This document shows positions 59,172 through 64,000 of a stretch of DNA of 64,000 nt, piece after piece. The notes below the pieces were generated by a model, which was not told the origin of the DNA, did not search any database, and was given only the letters and a program-made list of their open reading frames with translations. Each line of letters opens with the position of its first letter. Position 1 is the first letter of the stretch. Position numbers and translations under genes: made by a program. The DNA lies in NCBI GenBank assembly GCA_965222375.1, contig CBDCTZ010000012.1, forward strand, positions 672,001 through 736,000, read 5' to 3'. Origin of the DNA: Polyangiaceae bacterium. Lineage in GTDB: Bacteria > Myxococcota_A > Polyangia > Polyangiales > Polyangiaceae.

Positions 59172-59584
59172 GGATTCGCTTTCGGTCTCGAGACGGGGCC
59201 GGTCACGGGAGGGATCGGCAGGGCAGCTGGGGGACGTTCTGGGTAGCCTTCGTCAGAAGGGTCGTAGCCGGCAGCAGGCGCTGCGGCCGGGGCGCCGGGG
59301 GCTGCGCACACCACGGTGACGGTTTGCGGCGCGTAGATCAGCAAGGTCACCAGCGACACCAGGGTCTGCATCGGCTCGAGGCTGGTCCGAACCTCGGCCC
59401 AGCCTTCCGGACACAGCCTGGGCAAGTCGATAGCAGCAGCGCCCTCGATTAGTCCGCCCAGGTAGCCGTTGTGCCAGCGCTCGTAGATGGCCTCCCGGGC
59501 TGGGGCGTGGCCCGATCGCACCGTCGTTGTAAAGCAGCCCGTCGCGCAGCTCAGGGCGATGGCTGCCGCCACGTAGCGCCTCAT
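59168..59584 (-). CDS. Bor-like lipoprotein
   Basis: TGC lipobox, W..GYLGGLI, LCPEG, VTLLIYAPQTVTVVC. Confidence 0.7.
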   Translation of the reverse strand: MRRYVAAAIALSCATGCFTTTVRSGHAPAREAIYERWHNGYLGGLIEGAAAIDLPRLCPEGWAEVRTSLEPMQTLVSLVTLLIYAPQTVTVVCAAPGAPAAAPAAGYDPSDEGYPERPPAALPIPPVTGPVSRPKANP

Positions 59585-59874
59585 TTCCTCGGCTCCTCAC
59601 ACACGTACACGACACGACGCGGCGAGTAGATGCCCAGGGTGAGCAGCGTCGCGCCTAGCGTGAGGCCGTTTTCGCCTGTCCGGACTCGGCTGAAGCGCGC
59701 GCTCTTGCACACGTCCCGGGCATCGAGTTCGTCATGGCCAATGGCGCCGAAGACGAAGAAGTGGGACCAGGTCGTTTGCTCTGGAGCGGACGCACTGCTG
59801 CCGCGAAAGCTCGCCGTGCAACCCACCTGGCACAGCAGCAGCAGAATCGAAAACAGCCGGAGAAAGGCGTGCAC
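59581..59874 (-). CDS. Bor-like lipoprotein
   Basis: VGC lipobox, HFFVFGAIG, DARDVC, LTLGIYSPRRVVYVC. Confidence 0.78.
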   Translation of the reverse strand: MHAFLRLFSILLLLCQVGCTASFRGSSASAPEQTTWSHFFVFGAIGHDELDARDVCKSARFSRVRTGENGLTLGATLLTLGIYSPRRVVYVCEEPRK

Positions 59875-59967
59875 GGTGCGGCGAAGCCTAGCGCGGCCCG
59901 GTGCATTCCTTCAACCGTGCCAGTCTAGGAAGCGCCGACTGCTGCTACAGTTGTGGGCGTGTCTGTG

Positions 59968-60477
59968 ATGCGCGAAATTGGAGAGCGTTTGGCGGCTATT
60001 GCCCGACGCGCGGTGGCGGCCCACCTTGCCGGAGAGAGCTCTGCCGAACCGAGCGCTGGCCCGCCGGCGCCAGTCTTCGTGACGATTCGAGGTGCTGACG
60101 GAGCGCTCCGTGGATGCATCGGTACGCTGACTGCCGCGGAAGCGAGCGTGAGCCAGGAGACTGCGCGCAACGCGGTGCTCGCGGCGAGCCGAGATCCGCG
60201 CTTCCCGGCGCTCACGCCTCAGGAGCTGCCGGGGGTCAGCTTCGAGGTCAGCGTGCTCTTGGATGAAGAGCCCGTTGCCGGTCTCGAAGAGCTGGACCCA
60301 GACCAATTCGGTGTGGTGGTTCGCGACACGAGGGGCCGACGCGGTGTCCTGCTTCCGGATGTTCCGGGAGTGGAGACGGCAGAGCAGCAGGTGGCCATCG
60401 CCTGCCGCAAGGCCGGGATCTCGGAGTTCGCGGACGCACAGCTCGCGCGCTTTCGCGTCCTGAAATATGCGGAATGA
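59968..60477 (+). CDS. AMMECR1 domain protein (AmmeMemoRadiSam protein A-like)
   Basis: VFVT...LRGCIGT, AASRDPRF, EVSVL, GVLLP, ACRKAG. Confidence 0.88.
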   Translation: MREIGERLAAIARRAVAAHLAGESSAEPSAGPPAPVFVTIRGADGALRGCIGTLTAAEASVSQETARNAVLAASRDPRFPALTPQELPGVSFEVSVLLDEEPVAGLEELDPDQFGVVVRDTRGRRGVLLPDVPGVETAEQQVAIACRKAGISEFADAQLARFRVLKYAE

Positions 60478-60558
60478 TCCTCAGGTCAGCGCTCCAGGCC
60501 TGACCACCAGCGCGCCGGCAGATTTCGTAGTACAACCCCGGCGGCGAGGGTTTGGAAC

Positions 60559-61503
60559 ATGCGGATGACGATCTTTACGTGGGCATTGGGCGTGTCGGCC
60601 AGCGCCGTCTTCTTGGCTGCAGGCTGTGGCAGTGACGATGACGGTGGATTGGGTGGCGACCCCTCAGGGGATGCCGGATTGGACGCGGTGTTGACCACCT
60701 GCAATTCGTCCCAGGCGCACATCGAGGCCTGTACCCAGCTGTCAAAAGAGTATTGCGGCAAGCTGTTCAGCTGCGATGTGGATTTGGCGACTTTGAGTCA
60801 GTGGGACCAGAAGCTGTGCGAGGACGTGCAACAGAGTCAGTGTTTGCGCCTGACCCACGATTTCGGCGTGGAAGCGGACATGACCGCGGCCGCCGCGACG
60901 CGGATTCAGAGCATGAGCTGCGGCGACTTCTTGAACGACGTCGGCGAGTTCGTGCCCTTCGCCGGCATTGCTGCAGATGGCGAGCCTTGCAACCACAAGA
61001 CCCTCTGCTTGGGCGACAACAAGGTGTGCAGTACTCAGGTGCAGGGTGAGACTGGCGTGTGTCAGACGCCCACGTCCGTTCCCTGCAAGTTGGTAGACTT
61101 GGTGTACGAATGCCCGACTGGGCTGATCTGCAACGTGCCGTCCAAACAGTGCGTCGTGGTCTCCACCGGCGGTGCTCGCCCCAAGGACCCGGGCGCGGCC
61201 TGTGGCGTCGGCGACACTTGCGCGGGCACCTTCGTTTGTATGGGCGGCAGCTGCGTGCGTGGGGAACCCGTCGAAAAGCAGTCCAACACCGGCGCGCCGT
61301 GTGGAGGTCCGCAGAACTTCATCTGTGGTCTGGGCTTGGTCTGCGTGGGCGGGGATGACGGCGACGTCACCGGGACCTGCGAGCCCGCAGGCGAGGAGGG
61401 GCAGCCGTGTCCCACGAACTTGAATCCCAAGATCTCCAGTCCTCTGTGCGTGGGCGGGTTGCAGTGCGAAGGTGGAACTTGCGCCGTGCCGGGCTGTAAG
61501 TAG
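60559..61503 (+). CDS. Cys-rich lipoprotein
   Basis: AAGC lipobox; repeated GxxC..CxxGLxC disulfide modules. Confidence 0.72.
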   Translation: MRMTIFTWALGVSASAVFLAAGCGSDDDGGLGGDPSGDAGLDAVLTTCNSSQAHIEACTQLSKEYCGKLFSCDVDLATLSQWDQKLCEDVQQSQCLRLTHDFGVEADMTAAAATRIQSMSCGDFLNDVGEFVPFAGIAADGEPCNHKTLCLGDNKVCSTQVQGETGVCQTPTSVPCKLVDLVYECPTGLICNVPSKQCVVVSTGGARPKDPGAACGVGDTCAGTFVCMGGSCVRGEPVEKQSNTGAPCGGPQNFICGLGLVCVGGDDGDVTGTCEPAGEEGQPCPTNLNPKISSPLCVGGLQCEGGTCAVPGCK

Positions 61504-61563
61504 GCGAGTCCCCGAAACCTGCGTCGGGAGAATCGTGCCCTGCCGCCAACGTATGAGGTTCCC

Positions 61564-63591
61564 GTGAAGGGTTGTTGCGTCTGGGCTTCGATGTGCCTTT
61601 CCTCGGCTTGTGGTGGCGCGCCGCCAGCGCCGGAGTCGGCGCCTGCTCCGCGCCCTTCCGTAGCCGTGCCGCGAGCGGCGTCGGCGCGGTCCGGTGGCGA
61701 GCCGAAGGGAGTCGAGCCGCCGCCACCGGCTCGAACCGTGGCGCTCAAAGTCTACGACGAGTTCGTGGCAATCCGACTGCCCCCGCTGCCTCAGCGCCAC
61801 TTGACCGATGCCGAGCTCATCAGGCTCTTGCCGCCGGCATTGCGAGTTCGTGTGACTCGCGCGTTGCGCGCGGAGGCCGCCCTCACCAAATTGAGTCGCA
61901 AAGCCTACGACCACGAGGCAGCAGTCTTTGAGTGCGAAGAACGATCCTGCCCCAAGCTGGGTGCCCTCGAGGCCCAGTTGAAGCATGCCCGCGACGCGGC
62001 AAGCAGGCGCTACGACTTCCTCGAAAAAGAGAGAAGCCAACTGCAGCTCGCACTCGAAACTGCGCTGAAGCGGAGGCCGACGGTTGGCGCAGCGCTGGCG
62101 ATGGCGCGCGTCGAAGAGTTGGCCGAGCGCTTGTCGAATGTTGCCACTTACAACAACCCAGCAGCGACGCGTCTGCGGTTTGGGTGGCTTTCGAAAGACA
62201 ACGCCCTGCCCAGTTCGCCCTTGGCGATCGCAGCCTATCGCCGCGCCGCTCTCCTAGCTGCCGGCAAGCCCCGCCTCCAATCCTGGGCGCACTACGGTGC
62301 GGCCACTCACCTGTTTGCAGCGGCCAAGCTCGACGGCGCCCTGAAGGAGCTGGAGGCAGCGGCGAAGTCTCCGCCGCGGGATCTAGCGCAGGAGATCCAG
62401 CTTCGCATGGCCGTTTTGCATTCGGCTGCTGGCGACCATGAGAGTGCCCTGAAGTCGCTGCAGCTTGCCCAGCAGGCTGCGGGTAGCCTGCTATCGCGTT
62501 CTGACTTTCTCGCTCTCGAAATGCTCGAGCAGTTTCGCGCGGGTGAACATGCCAAAGCACTGCGTGCGGCGGTTCTCTCCCTGCGCGCGCCCCCGACCCA
62601 TGGGGCAAGTTGGTCGGCTGCACCAAGCATCACACTCAATGGCCGTGAGAGGATCGCGGTGGACTGCCTCGAGCAACTCGGCGACGGCGCGTTGAAAAAG
62701 AGCGGCGCCACCGCTGAGATTCAGTCGCTGCTGCTTGGACAGCTGGCTCGGCGCCACTACTATCGCGACGACTTGCCGCGTGCGCGTGGGGCCGCTGAGG
62801 CGGCGATCCGGGTCGCACCGAAGGCTGGCGAAGCGCGCGTCGCCTACAAAGTTCTGGCTGCACTAGCCCGCAAGGCAGGCGACGCCGCTCAGACGAAGAT
62901 TTGGAAGGGCAAGGAGCAGGCCTTGCGTCCAGCGAAGTCTGCTTCCGCCAGGGCGGGGCTGCTGGGCCTTCTTGGCTCGCCCAGCCCCGAAGGCCGCGAG
63001 AAGAAGTACCTCGACGGTTCTATCAAGAAAGCCGGGTCGACCGAGGAGCGTCGCGTCGCTTCGCTAACCCGGTTGTGCCTGGAGCCGTCGTCCGCGGATC
63101 TCGAGGATAGCGATGCGTTGCGCAGCGTGACGTTGCGCGTGCGCGTGAGCAAGGAGGGTCGCGCCGAGTCAATCTCGGATGAGCGTGGAGTGCTCGCCGA
63201 CTTTTCCGAGTGTATGTATCAGCAAGTACCGCGAGTGTTTCGGGGGGAGACTCGTGACGTTCAGGCAACTCTGGACTTGAGGCACGCTTCGCAATCTCGG
63301 ATGGCCGCGCAGTTCAGTGCTGCCTTCAAAGCCGGCGACGGGCCAGGCTTTGGAGCCATGGGCTTGGGACGACTCAAAGGTGGATCCCTGGGTGTGGGCG
63401 GAAGCCGAGGCCTGGGTAGCCGGGGAAGTGGCGCCGGTGGTGGTGGAACGGGCGTCGGCATTGGTGGTTTGGGCACTCGTGGGCTCGGCGGCGGTCGGGG
63501 CTTCGGGAGCGGCCAAGGTCGCTTCGGCGCGGGCGGCCGTAAGAAACCGCCCGCGACCCGACCAAAGAAACCGAAGAAACGAGTCCCCTAA
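61564..63591 (+). CDS. TPR-containing lipoprotein with AgmX/PglI-like domain and Gly-rich basic tail
   Basis: SACGG lipobox, helical TPR-like repeats, RLCLE...ECM..VPRVF domain, GLGSRGSGAGGGGTGVGIGGLG tail. Confidence 0.55.
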   Translation: MKGCCVWASMCLSSACGGAPPAPESAPAPRPSVAVPRAASARSGGEPKGVEPPPPARTVALKVYDEFVAIRLPPLPQRHLTDAELIRLLPPALRVRVTRALRAEAALTKLSRKAYDHEAAVFECEERSCPKLGALEAQLKHARDAASRRYDFLEKERSQLQLALETALKRRPTVGAALAMARVEELAERLSNVATYNNPAATRLRFGWLSKDNALPSSPLAIAAYRRAALLAAGKPRLQSWAHYGAATHLFAAAKLDGALKELEAAAKSPPRDLAQEIQLRMAVLHSAAGDHESALKSLQLAQQAAGSLLSRSDFLALEMLEQFRAGEHAKALRAAVLSLRAPPTHGASWSAAPSITLNGRERIAVDCLEQLGDGALKKSGATAEIQSLLLGQLARRHYYRDDLPRARGAAEAAIRVAPKAGEARVAYKVLAALARKAGDAAQTKIWKGKEQALRPAKSASARAGLLGLLGSPSPEGREKKYLDGSIKKAGSTEERRVASLTRLCLEPSSADLEDSDALRSVTLRVRVSKEGRAESISDERGVLADFSECMYQQVPRVFRGETRDVQATLDLRHASQSRMAAQFSAAFKAGDGPGFGAMGLGRLKGGSLGVGGSRGLGSRGSGAGGGGTGVGIGGLGTRGLGGGRGFGSGQGRFGAGGRKKPPATRPKKPKKRVP

Positions 63592-63600
63592 ACTTCGCCA

Positions 63601-63735
63601 CTCGTTGGTTGTCGGTTGGGTGGGGTTGGGGTCGCATCCCTGTGGCAACTCAGGCCACTACTCGCGACCTAGGCCAAGACTTGCCAGTCAGGGAGCAACA
63701 AAACCGCAAAGCCCAACCCATCAACCAAGCTCGAG
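63601..63735. other. Long imperfect hairpin between the 61564 CDS and tRNA-Val; candidate structured RNA or palindromic element
   Basis: Nested complementary blocks listed in findings. Confidence 0.5.
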
Positions 63736-63798
63736 CCGCCGGCGTCCGTGGGAGCTCACGAGGAGCCGCCCGTTTTCGTACCGTTTCTCGACTGCTAG

Positions 63799-63870
63799 TG
63801 GGCGCAGCTGGGTTTGAACCAGCGACTTCGACCGTGTGAAGATCGCACTCTACCGCTGAGTTATGCGCCC
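63799..63870 (-). tRNA. tRNA-Val(CAC); CCA not encoded
   Basis: GGGCGCA/TGCGCCC acceptor stem, ACTC-AGCGGTA-GAGT D arm, CGATC-TTCACAC-GGTCG anticodon arm, GCTGG-TTCAAAC-CCAGC T arm, discriminator A followed by CTA. Confidence 0.96.
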
Positions 63871-64000
63871 GTCCGACGGCCGTGCCGTAGGAAGGCGAAG
63901 CGATAGCTTAGCTCCGGCACCAAATCAACGTGTCTTGGCGCGGATCGCCGGCGATCTGGGGGCGCTGCGGCCCCCTCATCGGGTTTTTTCGCTGGAAAAT

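Noticed and set aside
63601..63735. SRP (4.5S) RNA or tmRNA
   Set aside because: No TCAGG..GGAA..AGCAG domain IV motif and no tRNA-like ends on either strand.
63740..63870. tRNA-Val as an integration site with att duplication
   Set aside because: I saw no duplicated tRNA 3' end or adjacent integrase in the window.

Overview
High-GC chromosomal window that looks like a myxobacterium, probably Polyangiales/Sorangiineae. This is inferred from the Ser/Thr kinases, TPR-PEGA proteins, Cys-rich lipoproteins and a GltJ/AgmX-type gliding protein. Core genes are a 2-oxoacid:ferredoxin oxidoreductase alpha/beta pair, tgt-queA, RNase P RNA (rnpB), an RpoH-type sigma factor, an IscA/ErpA Fe-S carrier, hisF, xerC, hutH and tRNA-Val(CAC). 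The standout is a compact three-gene minus-strand operon at 22050-25717. It encodes a SPASM radical SAM enzyme, a 124-aa lipoprotein-like substrate with four P-x-[PV]-C-L motifs flanked by regularly spaced Asp, and a B12-dependent radical SAM fused to a protein-L-isoaspartate O-methyltransferase domain. This is a candidate RiPP-like system that would modify a membrane-anchored peptide; it is flanked by a divergent S41 protease and a convergent zincin-like protein. Other notable items are a zincin peptidase/ATP-grasp ligase pair upstream of queA-tgt, a tandem pseudo-histidine kinase (His->Gln), an MshEN-REC-TPR protein, a Thr-nucleophile membrane 'sulfatase', and a ~140-nt rod-like hairpin next to tRNA-Val. 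I saw no CRISPR, prophage or transposase. All calls come from reading motifs by eye; no searches were run, and several starts were re-assigned from the ORF track.
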